A stretch of DNA of 64,000 bases from Eledone cirrhosa (GCA_964016885.1 OZ024740.1:246698001-246762000), one strand, 5' to 3'; positions 40,232 to 53,190 are shown, numbered from the stretch's first letter. Numbers and translations are program-made. Notes: a model not told the origin generated them from the sequence alone.

Positions 40232-41400
40232 AGGGACAAGTGAAGCATCTTTCGAATCAATTCCCCATCGAGAATGGCGTGAAACAAGGCTGTGTCCTTT
40301 CCACAACCTTATTTGCAATCTTCTTCAACACATGATGTTCCGCGAGCCAAGAATGATCTGTTGTAGGGCATTTACATCCGGTTCCGTACTGATGGGAGTG
40401 TGTTCAACTTGCGACGACTGCTCGCCCGCACCAAAACATTGGAGGAGTTGATCCTGGATCTGCTGTTCGCAGACGACTGACCCTCTGGGTCACATGGAGG
40501 AATACCTCCAGGTAGCCCTCAGCTGATTTGCTCGGGCAACCAAGGCCTTTGGCCTGACCATCAGCCTCAAGAAAATGGATGTCGTGTGCCAGAAACCAAC
40601 AAATGAAGAGTACTACACTCCGAAAATTAACACCGATGGGCACCCCCTCAGTGCAGTGGAGCACTTCACATACTTGGGAAGCTTCATTACCAACGACGGT
40701 ACCTCATCAAAGGACATTGACAACCACATTGCCAAGGCCAGCAGCTCATTCGGACGCTTGCAGAGACGCGTGTGGCAGAACCACTCTCTACGCCTCACCA
40801 CAAAGATCAGAGTCTACAAAGCTGTTGTAATCACTAGCCTCCTCTACGGAGCTGAAAGCTGGGTCTTGTACCGGAAGCAGATCAAGTTACTGGAAAGATT
40901 CAATCAGCGTTGCATTCGCTCCATCATGGGGATCCGCTGGCAAGACTATATAACAAACGAGGAAGTTCTCAAGAGGGCCCATATCACAAGCAGGATACAA
41001 CTCTAGGATGCCAAAGGCAGTTTTCTACGGTGAACTATGTCAAGGCAACCGGAACCATGGGGTCCCCCGAAAACGCTTCAAGGACCAACTCAAACGCCAA
41101 CTGACTTAAGGCAATATTGATCACAGGGAATGGGAACACCTGGCAGAGGACAGAGAGTAATGGAGAGTGACCATCAGAACAGCTGCAGTCAGCTTTATGG
41201 AGGGTAGGAAGGCGGCGGCTGAAGACAAACATCAAAGAAAGAAGCTGTATGCCACTCAACCTCCAACTAACCAAAATATACACTTGTACCAGAGTCTACA
41301 GTTCCAGGATTGGCTTCTACAACCACCCCAGGGAGTGCCACCGCACGGAACAGGACAACAATTCTTCCCAATGATTTTCGTAAGCGAAGAATTCGCCATT
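40232..41400 (+). mobile_element. 5'-truncated RTE-clade (BovB-like) LINE
   Basis: NGVKQGCVL, DGSVFNLRRLLARTK...LLFADD, FGLTISLKK, VEHFTYLGS, KASSSFGRL, TKIRVYKAVVITSLLYGAESW; 3' hairpin near 41360-41395. Confidence 0.9.
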
Positions 41401-41736
41401 CTAATTGCTATAAATTAATATTTTGTCCCTCGTCTCTTACTTCACTGAACAGCGTTTGGTTTCTCTCAGACGCTGTGACTCCGGATGGTCCAGCCGTGCC
41501 TTTTGAGGATGTCGAAACTGCCAAACTCCATATCAACAGCCGATGACCCTGGAATTCTGTCCTTCGATTATATATTTATTTTTTTTAAATATTTTTTTGT
41601 GGTTTCCCCTTTTAAAATTGTCTATCGTTTTGCCTTGTTTCCCCTCGTATGCGTTATCTCTTCTCCCACTTATTTCAATGGGTCACATTTTTTAACACGA
41701 TATCGTATTTTCTTTTCCTTATTTTTTTTCTTGCTT

Positions 41737-41861
<125 letters not shown>

Positions 41862-41864
41862 CAC

Positions 41865-41914
<50 letters not shown>

Positions 41915-41922
<8 letters not shown>

Positions 41923-42325
41923 ACAGGAGGCTTGACTGGTGTAATTCCTTAAAAGGTTTATTATACTATGATCATTTCAATGACCGGGTTCAGTATGAAT
42001 CTGGTGACATCATCAGGTATTCGAAATATAACAAAGGAATATAATAGACAAATTCCATGGGGCTGAAAATCAGGTGAAGATGGACATAAGTAGGCTTAAT
42101 AATCACCACTTGGGGGCGGCCGACCGGGGTAGAAGTTGCTAAATGTTCGGTCGCCCTCATGTCTCTGATTTTCAGCCACATGGATTTTGTCTATTATATT
42201 CCTTTGTTATATTTCGAATACCTGATGATGTCACCAGATTCATACTGAACCCGGTCATTGAAATGATCATAGTATAATAAACCTTTTAAGGAATTACACC
42301 AGTCAAGCCTCCTGTTATTTTATAA
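41915..42325. repeat. PLE-type inverted repeat (~155-bp arms) with two opposed hammerheads (41963-42020 -, 42218-42275 +)
   Basis: Near-perfect arms around a ~90-bp spacer; atac-CTGATGA-tgtcaccagattcatactgaacccggtcatt-GAAA-TGATCA-TA-gtat. Confidence 0.85.
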
Positions 42326-42432
42326 TAATTAACTCCGTACTCGCACCACCAACTACACAAACGAAGACGGGTGAGCTGCATTACGTCGAGTGCTCTCCAT
42401 AATATTACATCGAGGTTGACCATACGGAATGA

Positions 42433-42519
<87 letters not shown>

Positions 42520-42672
42520 AATTGCTCTCAATCTTTCTGACTTTGTGGCACACTGCAGATCAAACAATAAATTACTGGTTCACTTAGCAAGGCCTTTTTT
42601 AAAAATGTGTGTGTGTGAGTGTGAGTGTGCGTGTGTGTGTGTATCTATTATATATATACATATACATACATA

Positions 42673-42771
<99 letters not shown>

Positions 42772-42820
42772 GATTATCGATAAACCGTTCGTGATGTTGC
42801 TATTATTGTCGTACCTATTG

Positions 42821-43025
42821 TATTGGCAGTGTTTTTAGAGTGTCGGGCAAATGCTTTGCTGCATTCGTTCCGGCTCTTGATCGTCTCTGTTCGAATCTCA
42901 CCGACGTTAACTTTGTTTTTATCTTTCCGTGGTCGATAACATAGTAACAACCAAGTACTATCGTCGATATTATCGACTTCCCCCTCCTCCTCCCAAATTG
43001 CAGGCCTTGTGCCAAATGTTTGTTT
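42821..43025 (+). mobile_element. SINE, main family, diverged
   Basis: tggcagt...gtcgggcaaatgctt...gttcgaatctcaccgacgttaactttg...ggccttgtgccaaatg. Confidence 0.75.
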
Positions 43026-43525
43026 TCTGCAGCTGTATTTGTGGTTCTTGTAGTGCGCATGCTTCGTCAGGGATGCAATACGACTGAATTGTTAATGAGT
43101 TCGTTTTGAAATCATTACATCCCGATTTCACTGTGTGGTATTTTTGGCAATTGTCAGGAGTTGCCAGTGAGTTAAATGTTAAAGAGTCGCTCTTGTCATA
43201 CATTGTGTCTCGCGGAATCTCTCTAAGAATTGCATGCCTTGGAAGCGAAAATTTAATGGGCCAAACTTTTAACACATTGCGTACTGCTGAATCTTCCTGA
43301 AAATTAGGATACATGTTTCGACACAATAAGCATTAATTTCAGGAGTAGGCAGTTTAATTCATCGAATTATTGAAACGTGCATCGTCGGAATTAACGGATA
43401 TCCATTCTTATTGGTTCGTTTGGTTTGTAACGACTTTTATTTAAACCGCGCACACAATCTCCACCAGCACCACCTCCACTTCTATCAGAACCTTCTCCAT
43501 CCCATTGACACCAAATATATATGTA

Positions 43526-43596
<71 letters not shown>

Positions 43597-43650
43597 CGGC
43601 GATGAATTAGTTTTGCGAGGTTTTTTATATGAAATCGTGTGTCGAAACAG

Positions 43651-43761
43651 ATATTGTTATATTTGGGGAGGGTCATATTTGCGTAATATTGCCAGAATTA
43701 ATAACAGTTATTAATTCTGGCAATATTACGCAAATATGACCCTCCCCAAATATAACAATAT
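43651..43761. repeat. Perfect palindrome with 55-bp arms and a 1-nt centre
   Basis: atattgttatatttggggagggtcat...attaataac-a-gttattaat...ccccaaatataacaatat. Confidence 0.92.
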
Positions 43762-43817
43762 ATATATATATATATATAAAATCTTATATATATCTTGTAT
43801 ATATATATAAATTCTTT

Positions 43818-43860
43818 TGTGACATCAGTCCTGGAACTTTTCTGACCCACCTCGTATATA

Positions 43861-43937
<77 letters not shown>

Positions 43938-44200
43938 TTTCAAACCCAAACTTCACACTAAGAGTTTTCTCCTTCAAAGTAATCACCCTGGAGTATGTAA
44001 CTGCAATCTTAGCTCTCTGCAACGATCAAACTTTTTTTTTCATAATTTTATATACATGACCTCTGTTTCAGGTCGTCAAGCAATGAGCACAGAGCAACGA
44101 ACAAACTTGAAAACTCCGTCAGAAGCACTGGGATTGCTGCAGCAAGTGTATGGAGATGAGACGATGTCACGCTCACGTGTTTTTAGTGGTGCAAGAGGTT
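43818..44200 (+). mobile_element. Mariner remnants: TIR-like end (43818-43856, minus) and transposase N-terminal HTH
   Basis: TA-cgaggtgggtcagaaaagttcc; MSTEQRTNLKTPSEALGLLQQVYGDETMSRSRVF. Confidence 0.75.
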
Positions 44201-44544
44201 GCACCAAAGAAGGACAACGTTTTATAGTAAAACACAATTTGACATGCGCATTAGAAAATCTAATATATGTATTAACTTGCTCAGGTTGTCGAGAACAATA
44301 CATAGGCCAGACCAAAAACAGCCTCCGCCAACGCATGACTGTCCATAGATCCCAAATTAAAATACGGGAATACAGGAAAATACCACTGAGTGAACACATT
44401 GATACCTGTGCCGCCCAAAATCATCCCAACTTTAGAATCTTTCCCCTCTACAAATTTAAAGATAATGCCACCCACACCCAGCGCATCAGCAAGGAATCTC
44501 ACTTTATTAACAAATACAGACCCCGTCTAAACACTTCTCCCTAA
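44201..44544 (+). mobile_element. Penelope-like GIY-YIG endonuclease, 3' part of the ORF
   Basis: NLTCALENLIYVLTCSGCREQYIGQTKNSLRQRMTVHRSQI...EH...RISKESHFINKYRPRLN; CxxC between the GIY and YIG equivalents. Confidence 0.88.
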
Positions 44545-45084
44545 GACGAACCCACAACGTACACACGTCAACATACATACCTACATCAGCATACATCCTA
44601 CATACACCTCTATCCTCATATAAACACAATGACATACGTAAACACACATGTTCTATGGTGCCACACAAATATACACAAATTTGCATACCTTTTGATGTTT
44701 ATAGATATAAACGTGCCGACACACACACATACATATACGCACACATGCATTGCACACTGATGGGCACATACATATTTGTACACAAGTATTCCAATACGGC
44801 AGGGCCTAATGGATTCCCCTTGCAGTACGTGCAATCTGGACACTCACACACACCTTGGTGTTATGACAATACTATATATCATTTCACCCCTTTTATTATT
44901 AATGTTTTTGATGTTCTCTTGAGAGAATCGTTTTTGCTGAAAATATCGAATAATGAACACCATTTTTACCAGTATCACAAAAATACTGGTCCACCCACAC
45001 ACACATAAACACACACACACACACACACACACAGACACACATATGCACACACACATACACACGCGCACACTAACATACAAAGAG

Positions 45085-45118
<34 letters not shown>

Positions 45119-45233
45119 TTCTACGTATAAGACAAGAGTTGAAAAATATATTTCAACATGTTAAAATATCCCCCACACAACATATGTACAGACACATTCC
45201 TACTGACCGATCCCTCTTACACGAATTACTCTG

Positions 45234-45317
<84 letters not shown>

Positions 45318-45411
45318 TTGTCTTAATAGACACGTGAACTGTTGACCTTTCAACATGACTGCAATTCACACACACATCCCTACTGACCATTATCACAACA
45401 ATGAACCTCTT

Positions 45412-45442
<31 letters not shown>

Positions 45443-45895
45443 TTGTCTTAAAAGACTTATTTTTCAGTGACTTCTCAATCAGGCGAAAAATGACACTCTT
45501 CGACAAACCTACATTTGGCGCAAAATCAATGTTTAACATTCACGTGACCTCTACCGACCAATCAAAATTGTTTTGACCACAAGAATTTTTGCAACACCAA
45601 TTGGCGCGAAACTTATTTTAATACCTCTGGAGCCACTTTTTTCACATAAAACAGGTAGAATTTCCAAAACTGATCAGATTAGAGCAAACATCACGGGCGC
45701 TCTATCTCAAAATTATTTTTGAAAAGCATTAGAAATGCGCAACCGGTAAAAACTTAAAACTAAAACTGAATACTAACCAATACTCATTACTAATTTTTAC
45801 TTATTCCTAATTAAACTATTTTTCACTGGAAACAATTTGTCAGCATTTTCTTTTTCTTTTACTAATATATCACAACTGCTGTGTTACACCTCTAT

Positions 45896-45949
<54 letters not shown>

Positions 45950-46088
45950 GAAAGGTATAGAAAACACTGCAGCGAAAACCAAGAGCACTTCATAATATAT
46001 AAGTGACTATAGCGTCAAAATGGGAAAAATAGTTAACGTAATAAAAAATAGTTAACGTATATATATATATATATAAAAAATAGTTAAC

Positions 46089-46184
<96 letters not shown>

Positions 46185-46525
46185 ATGCATTCATATATGT
46201 ATCTATGTCTGTTTGTTTCTTTATTTGTGTCTTTACACTTATCTTTCTTTGGTGATGTGTTTGTGTATGTGTTGTGGGTACGTGTATGTGTGAGTGGTAT
46301 GGTGTTCCTGTGTACAATTTATTCTTTACCACGTAAATAATGAGAGATTTATGTATGTGATAATACCCACGGTGGGAATAGTCTCATTTACTGATATTTG
46401 ATGATTTGAGTTTTATAGTGTTTTTAGTACTTACTAACTCAACATAATATTATTTTCCCATCAACCTTCCAATTTTATGTTTATATATTTATGTGTTTTC
46501 TAATTCTTTTATGTTTTTTGCTTAC

Positions 46526-46850
46526 GGTGGCGAATTGGTAGAGTCGTTAGAGCGTCGGATAGAATACTTTTCGGTATTTGTTTTTGCTCTCTGAGTTCAA
46601 ATCCCGCCGAGGGCAACTTTACATTACATCCATTCCAGCGCGATAAAAAATACCAGTTTAGTACTGGTGGTGAACTTCTATATATTTTTCTCACTTCCAT
46701 TCTCTCACTCGCTATCCTTCCCTGGAAGAAATCTGCTGTGTTCAGACCTGGAGAGGACTGGGCTCCACTAGGTTTTAAAATGCCCTAGAAACACCGAATG
46801 TGACTACGGTGCCCCTACCATTCCCTCGGGTGTTATGGGAATATGCCATG
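46526..46850 (+). mobile_element. SINE with the main-family head and an alternative 3' tail
   Basis: ggcgaattggtagagtcgttagagcgtcgg...gagttcaaatcccgccgagg..., then gctgtgttcagacctggagagg. Confidence 0.7.
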
Positions 46851-47124
46851 ATATGTCATGCCATTCTTTTGCTTGTTTTACTAATTAGACAGCGTCCATA
46901 CCGGACCACCGCATTGATTTAGTCGGTCATTTCGACACCAGTATTTATTTTCTTCGATACTTCTTTTGTCGAACCGCTATGTCACGAGACACAAACACAG
47001 ACAGAAACAGACGTAAACACAGATATAGACGCGCTCACACCACACATATGCATATATATATCTATTTATCTCTCTCTATATATACGTATGTATGTATGTA
47101 TGCATGCTTGCATATATATATTAT

Positions 47125-47240
<116 letters not shown>

Positions 47241-47339
47241 ACATACATGCATGCATACATAGATAGATATATATATACATACAAGGCTGAAGGCTGGTGG
47301 AGGTGCAGCTGAAGGAAGCTTCAACTCGGAAGGACCGGT

Positions 47340-48300
47340 CATTGGGACGGAAAAGGGATTCCTTCACCTGTACCTCTACCAGCCTTGTCTATGGGCTCCG
47401 TTGTACTCTGTACGGAGTTATCTACTTTGGTCAGACTGGCCGTCGTCTGGCCGATACATTTGCTGAACACCTTCGGGTCATCCGGGTCAGCAACCCGAAT
47501 CAGATCTCCCGACAATTTCGGACCACCGGCAACTCCACACGCCACAACAGTGTCTTCGGGCTCGCACATTGTGGCGGATCACCTGACTCACGCTGTCGGA
47601 GAGAACAGCAACATATTTTCTCCTTACAAACATTTCTACCCCTAACCTTAATGTGCCACCCATCTTCCTTTAATCTGCTCTGTCACATATACTCTCTAAC
47701 ACACACAAAACATAGTCCAATGACACACACGCTTACACACAAATCACAATTAGATACTTTACATGCATACAATATAAACTATGACATACATACACACGTT
47801 AACATTTAATCATACACTCACACACACAAATCCACACTTCTCACAGACACTACCAGATACCATACACACACACATAATAACTTCAACGCACATATACAGT
47901 ACACATATTCAAACTTACATTCACTCACACATACAAGCCCACTACCACATACCACATGGATATAGGCATAACACGCACAAACATTGATACTTTACACAAT
48001 ATACTTTAAATAGACATACACGTTTAAACGTATACATACACCCACACATAATATCGGCACTAATACGCACACACTTCACCTTGCGTTTCAACTCGTTACC
48101 AAGACTACCTAACGGTTTGTCTTGTTTACACTCTTTTTCCTTACTTGGACTATCCTTATTTCTGTTTCTCCTTTGCGATCATGTCTCTAATTTGAACTCC
48201 TGAAGAAGGGCTAAAGCCCGAAGCGTCGAACTTTCTTTCCTCTCTTTTATATAAAGCGTGAAACTGATAAGACTTTTTGTCCCTCTGTTTTTTTCTCTGT
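47340..48300 (+). mobile_element. Penelope-like 3' remnant: GIY-YIG fragment, CA-rich tail and degenerate hammerhead (48197-48230)
   Basis: SFTCTSTSLVYGLRCTLYGVIYFGQTGRRLADTFAEHLRVIR; CTGAAGA-a-gggc-taaa-gccc-GAAG-CG-TC. Confidence 0.78.
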
Positions 48301-48379
48301 GTGTATATATATATATATATATATATACATGTAAAGTTATATTTAAAATTGTTGGGTTACAACTAGTAAATATTTATAA

Positions 48380-48697
48380 CTGATATATAAAAATAATATA
48401 TAAAACTGTTTATATTGTATTTTGTCTGATGAAGGCATAGCATATTGTTAATATGATATCCCCGAAATATATATAATGAAATAAATATGGTTTTATAAAT
48501 ATAGTTTTCCATTTATTTAATATTGTATATATATATATATATCAATGATATTAATAAATGGAAACTATATTTATAAAACCATATTTATTGTATCATATAT
48601 ATTTCAAGAGTACCAACATTTTGGTACTCTTGAAATATATATGATAAAATAAATATGGTTTTATAAATATAGTTTCCATTTATTAATATCATTGATA
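48380..48697. repeat. AT-rich PLE-type repeat with a hammerhead (48420-48481 +) plus a fold-back palindrome (48540-48697)
   Basis: tttgt-CTGATGA-aggcatagcatattgttaatatgatatcccc-GAAA-TATATA-TA-atgaaa; palindrome arms of about 77 bp around catt. Confidence 0.75.
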
Positions 48698-48780
48698 TTA
48701 TACTCCAGAATAACTGTAGAGTGCTTCGAATCTGTTATAAATAAATTTGTTGTATAACCAATTAATTAAAGATCTCTTTG

Positions 48781-48870
<90 letters not shown>

Positions 48871-49455
48871 TATGTACACGTACATACATATATGTATACA
48901 GACGTACAGTAGTATGTATACATATATACATACATCCATACATATATATATGTACGTATGGATTCACCGAACATTTATTATAATGCTCGGTGTGTTTGTA
49001 AACAAACATCCCGTATTAAGCCGTAGTGTCTAGCAACCATCGTTACTCGTTTGTTCAACACTGACAAAGGAACGCTGTACTAGTTTCAAGCTTATTAGCT
49101 ATCGTCAGTAACGTATACCTTCCTGCCAGATTGTTGAACGTATTACCTTATGCATATTAACGGCTGAGTAGCCCAATTTGCATATCGAGTGGGTTAATCG
49201 GCCGGGTGCACCGGAAACGATTAACGGAAAAAATGAAACGAAATTTCATTTCCAACTCTTAGTACGGCTGTTACTTAAATATAAGTATGTACACGTACTT
49301 ACATAAGAGTAGGAAATGAAATTTCGTTTCATTTTTTCCGTTTATCATTTTCGGTGCACCCGGCCGATTAACCCACTCGATATGCAAATTGAGCTACTCA
49401 GCCGTTAATATGCATAAGGTAAGTATATACGTTCAACAATCTGGCAGGAAGGTAT

Positions 49456-49498
49456 ACGTTGCTGACGATAGCTAATAAGCTTGAAACTAGTACAGCGT
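49456..49498 (+). ncRNA. Minimal type-I hammerhead ribozyme
   Basis: acgttg-CTGACGA-t-agct-aata-agct-t-GAAA-CTAG-TA-cagcgt: 6-bp stem I, palindromic stem III ACTAGT, GUA triplet. Confidence 0.8.
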
Positions 49499-49875
49499 TC
49501 CTTTGTCAGTGTTGAACAAACGAGCAACGATGGTTGCTAGACACTACGGCTTAATACGGGATGTTTGTTTACAAACACACCGAGCATTATAGTAAATGTT
49601 CGGTGAATCCATACGTACATATATATATGTGTGCATGTATGTATATATGTATACATACTACTGTACGTCTGTATACATATATGTATGTACGTGTACATAC
49701 TTATATTTAAGTAACAACCGTACTAAGAGCGGGAAATGAAATTTCGTTTCATTTTTTCCGTTTATCGTTTTCGGTGCACCCGGGCGATTAACCCACTCGA
49801 TATGCAAATTGGGCTACTCAGCCGTTAATATGCATAAGGTAAGTATATACGTTCAACAATCTGGCAGGAAGGTAT

Positions 49876-49918
49876 ACGTTGCTGACGATAGCTAATAAGC
49901 TTGAAACTAGTACAGCGT
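49876..49918 (+). ncRNA. Minimal type-I hammerhead ribozyme, second tandem copy
   Basis: Identical to 49456-49498, 420 bp downstream; a third copy lies at 49072-49114 on the minus strand. Confidence 0.8.
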
Positions 49919-50229
49919 TCCTTTGTCAGTGTTGAACAAACGAGCAACGATGGTTGCTAGACACTACGGCTTAATATGGGATGTTTGTTTACAAACACAC
50001 CGAGCATTATAATAAATGTTCGGTGAATCCATACGTACATATATATATGTGTGCATGTATGTATATATGTATACATACTACTGTACGTCTGTATACATAT
50101 ATCTATGTACGTGTACATACTTATATTTAAGTAACAGCCGTACTAAGAGTGGGAAATGAAATTTCGTTTCATTTTTTCCGTTTATATATATATATATATT
50201 AATATATATATATATATTAATATATATAT

Positions 50230-50550
50230 GATGTGGAAAGTGATATAAGTAAGACGTCTAAACAATGCAAAATGGACGGTTACCTAGTAATCTTTGTTTT
50301 ATTGTTGTCTCTTTCGTCCTAATATTTCGGGGCTTATAATTCCCTTCGTCAGAGTATAAGGAACTCTCAATGGATCTAAAAACCCGAAATATTAGGACGA
50401 AAGAACCCCCCCCCCCCCCACAAAACACACACACACACACAAAAAAAAACAAACAAAAAAACAGTAACCAGGTAACTAACGTTTTCGTCTCCATCTTACC
50501 GTCCATTTTGCGTTGTTTAGCCTTCTTACATACATCACTTTCCACATTAT
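50230..50550. repeat. Imperfect inverted repeat with a hammerhead at 50318-50355 (-)
   Basis: Reverse complement act-CTGACGA-agggaattataagcccc-GAAA-TA-TT-agg; the right arm starts at cccgaaatattaggacgaaag. Confidence 0.65.
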
Positions 50551-50586
50551 ATATTTTATACAATGCTTCAAACAAACTACATTTTC

Positions 50587-50762
50587 AGTATCGTTAGAGG
50601 GTCGGACGCTATGCTTTGACGCATACAGTTACGGCCCTTCCCATTCTGAGTTCAAATCCCGCCGAAGTTAACTTTGCCTTTCATCCTTACGGAGGCGAGA
50701 AAATAAAGTACCAATAATACAATGGGTAATTGCTGGCCTTGTGCCAAAAGTAGAAACAATTA
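50587..50762 (+). mobile_element. SINE, main family
   Basis: cagtatcgttagagggtcggacg...ggccttgtgccaaaagtagaaacaatt. Confidence 0.85.
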
Positions 50763-50835
50763 TATATATATGTGTATGCCTGCGTGTGTATGTGTATACA
50801 CACACACACATATATATATAAGGAAGTAGAAGGCA

Positions 50836-51116
50836 ATATTACATAATATCTGTTATACGTATTTCCATGCCATTTGTTACGTAATTGTAAACCGCCCAGA
50901 TACGATTTCGTCAGACAGCCTTTACCTGTATAAATTTTGGCGACATATTTTGGTGATATATCAACCGGATGGTTTTGGATGTTGTTTCTCCCCTACCCTG
51001 CCGATGTATATCACCAACATTTATACTGGGAAAGCTGTCTGATGAAATCGTATCGGGACGGTTTACAGTTACATAACGGATACCATAGCAATATGTATAA
51101 CATATATTATGTAATA
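50836..51116. repeat. Diverged inverted repeat with hammerhead motifs (50850-50918 - with intact core; 51035-51103 + decayed)
   Basis: Reverse complement ctgt-CTGACGA...GAAA-TACGTA-TA-acag; the right arm keeps CTGATGA but has lost GAAA. Confidence 0.65.
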
Positions 51117-51183
51117 AACATAATCTGGTGAAGTATAACCTTATTGTCTTTTACTTATATATGTATGTATGTTTTTTTGTATG

Positions 51184-51281
<98 letters not shown>

Positions 51282-51741
51282 TGTGTGAGTCTGTGTGAGT
51301 CTGTGTGTCTCTGAATATGTGAGTGTGTGTATGTATAAACACGTGTTCATGGAATCTTTGACAAAATTATAGATTTAGGAATTCTGTTGAGTCCGATGTA
51401 GTATAGATCCATTAAAAAATACGAGAATGTTCTGATAGAGAACTTAATAGCTGTGTCTTCAACATCAGCGAAGATCTGCAATTATATGATTATCAAATAA
51501 TTAAACAAAACGTAATTAAGTCACAAGATAGCGGCCTAATTGCTAGGACATTGGACTTGACAGTACACAGTGCTCTTGAGCAAGTAACTTCATTTAACGC
51601 TGCTTTTCATGATATGACTCTCATTAATACACCCAGGAAACATTTATGAGATACAACCTCGTAGAAGGGTAGCTAAACAGCACAGATGCGAGCACTTAAT
51701 TTCATTTCGTCCCATCATTTCATACACATACACATACCATT

Positions 51742-51788
<47 letters not shown>

Positions 51789-51997
51789 CATGTGTGTGTG
51801 TATTTGTTATTTAATACACCGTGATTAGACATATCTCTATAGAATACTTAAGTTTCATGATATTATTGGGAGAAGAATACTTTTAAACGGATTGATATTG
51901 ATAGTATATAAAGGGGATCGCCCCTAATTAAAAGAATTCACTTATTACATGAAACGTAAGCTGTCTATGTATGCCTAATTACTGTGTATTAAATAAT

Positions 51998-52213
51998 GAT
52001 TTTTAGTATAAGCACAAGGTCAGTAATTTTTGGGGAGGGGAAAGTCTATTAAATCGACCCCATTGCATTACTGGTGCATTGTTTTATCGACCCCGTAAGG
52101 ATGAAAAGCAATGTTAACCTCAGCAGGATTTGAACTCAGACCGTAAAGGACCGTAACTCTTTGTTGCAAAGCATGGTGTCCGACTTTCTACGGATACAGC
52201 CAATCCACCGTCC
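51998..52213 (-). mobile_element. SINE, main family, with an 18-bp target-site duplication
   Basis: tactgtgtattaaataat at both 51980-51997 and 52214-52231. Confidence 0.88.
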
Positions 52214-52273
52214 TACTGTGTATTAAATAATATATTCCGTTTATGTTTACAAACCGAAATCCTATTCTTTCGT

Positions 52274-52472
52274 AATTACGAATTCATACTCAGAGCGTCG
52301 AACAAATGCTTCGCATTATTTATTCCGAGCTTTACGTTTTCAGTTCAAAGCCCGCCTTTCATCCTTTCGAGATCGATAAAATAATCTACCAGGAAAGAAC
52401 TGAGATCGATATAATCGACTTTCTCCTTGCCACAAATTGCTGATCATGTGCCTAAATTAGAAATCCTTATTT
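52274..52472 (+). mobile_element. SINE, main family, diverged
   Basis: cagttcaaagcccgcctttcatcctttcgagatcgataaa...tgtgcctaaattagaaatccttatt. Confidence 0.7.
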
Positions 52473-53091
52473 AATATTCTTTGATGCTCTGCTTTGATAT
52501 ATTCTTCCTCTTCGCCTTTTCTGTTGTTTTGTCTTCATCTAAAACTTATCTTTCATTGTAATTAGCTCCGAGTCTGTAATCTTTTTTATTCCTTATTTGC
52601 TTTCTTTTTATTTTTTCCAACCAGCGAGCCGCAGTCATGAAGACAATTAAAAGAAAAAAAAATTTTTATGTTACCTTATTATACAAATCAGTCTACCTTA
52701 CATTTGAGTATTTTTCAAGACAACCAAAGTGGCTACTTTGTAATATGTTTACTATTTGTATGAGATTTTTCCTCCTGTTTTGCTTGTGGTAGGTATATCA
52801 TATTATCTGCTTTAAAGATAATGAATTCGGAATGCTGAGAAAGATTTTCTGCTTTTCTAACTACACTTCCCGGTTCACTTAACTTCCAATTTATTATATG
52901 AAAGCATAGTTTATGAGTAGAAGTGTTATAGTATTTATGTATGCTAGTATACAACTCGTTGGTAAAACAACTAAACATCAACAAATAGTATTTTGTTTCA
53001 TCGATGTTTCCTAAGCATGCTGTAAAAAATACACTAAACAAAACAAAGAAACAAAACAATTCGTGAAGCGTTCCATATATTTTTCTTTAAT

Positions 53092-53190
53092 AGGCGCAGG
53101 TATGGCTGTGTGGTTAAAAAGTTCAAAACCACGTGTCTATGGGTTCAATTCTACTGGATGGCACTTTGGGTAAGTGTCTTCTACTATAGC
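53092..53190 (+). mobile_element. Second tRNA-derived SINE family, 5' part
   Basis: aggcgcaggtatggctgtgtggtt (A-box-like)...ggttcaattc (B-box-like)...ggcactttgggtaagtgtcttctactatagc. Confidence 0.7.

Larger units (their letters stand above)
48865..50184. repeat. 420-bp unit array: one inverted copy plus about 2.1 direct tandem copies, each full copy with a hammerhead
   Basis: Direct units start at 49305, 49725 and 50145; inverted copy at 48865-49298; flanked by (TA)n. Confidence 0.92.
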
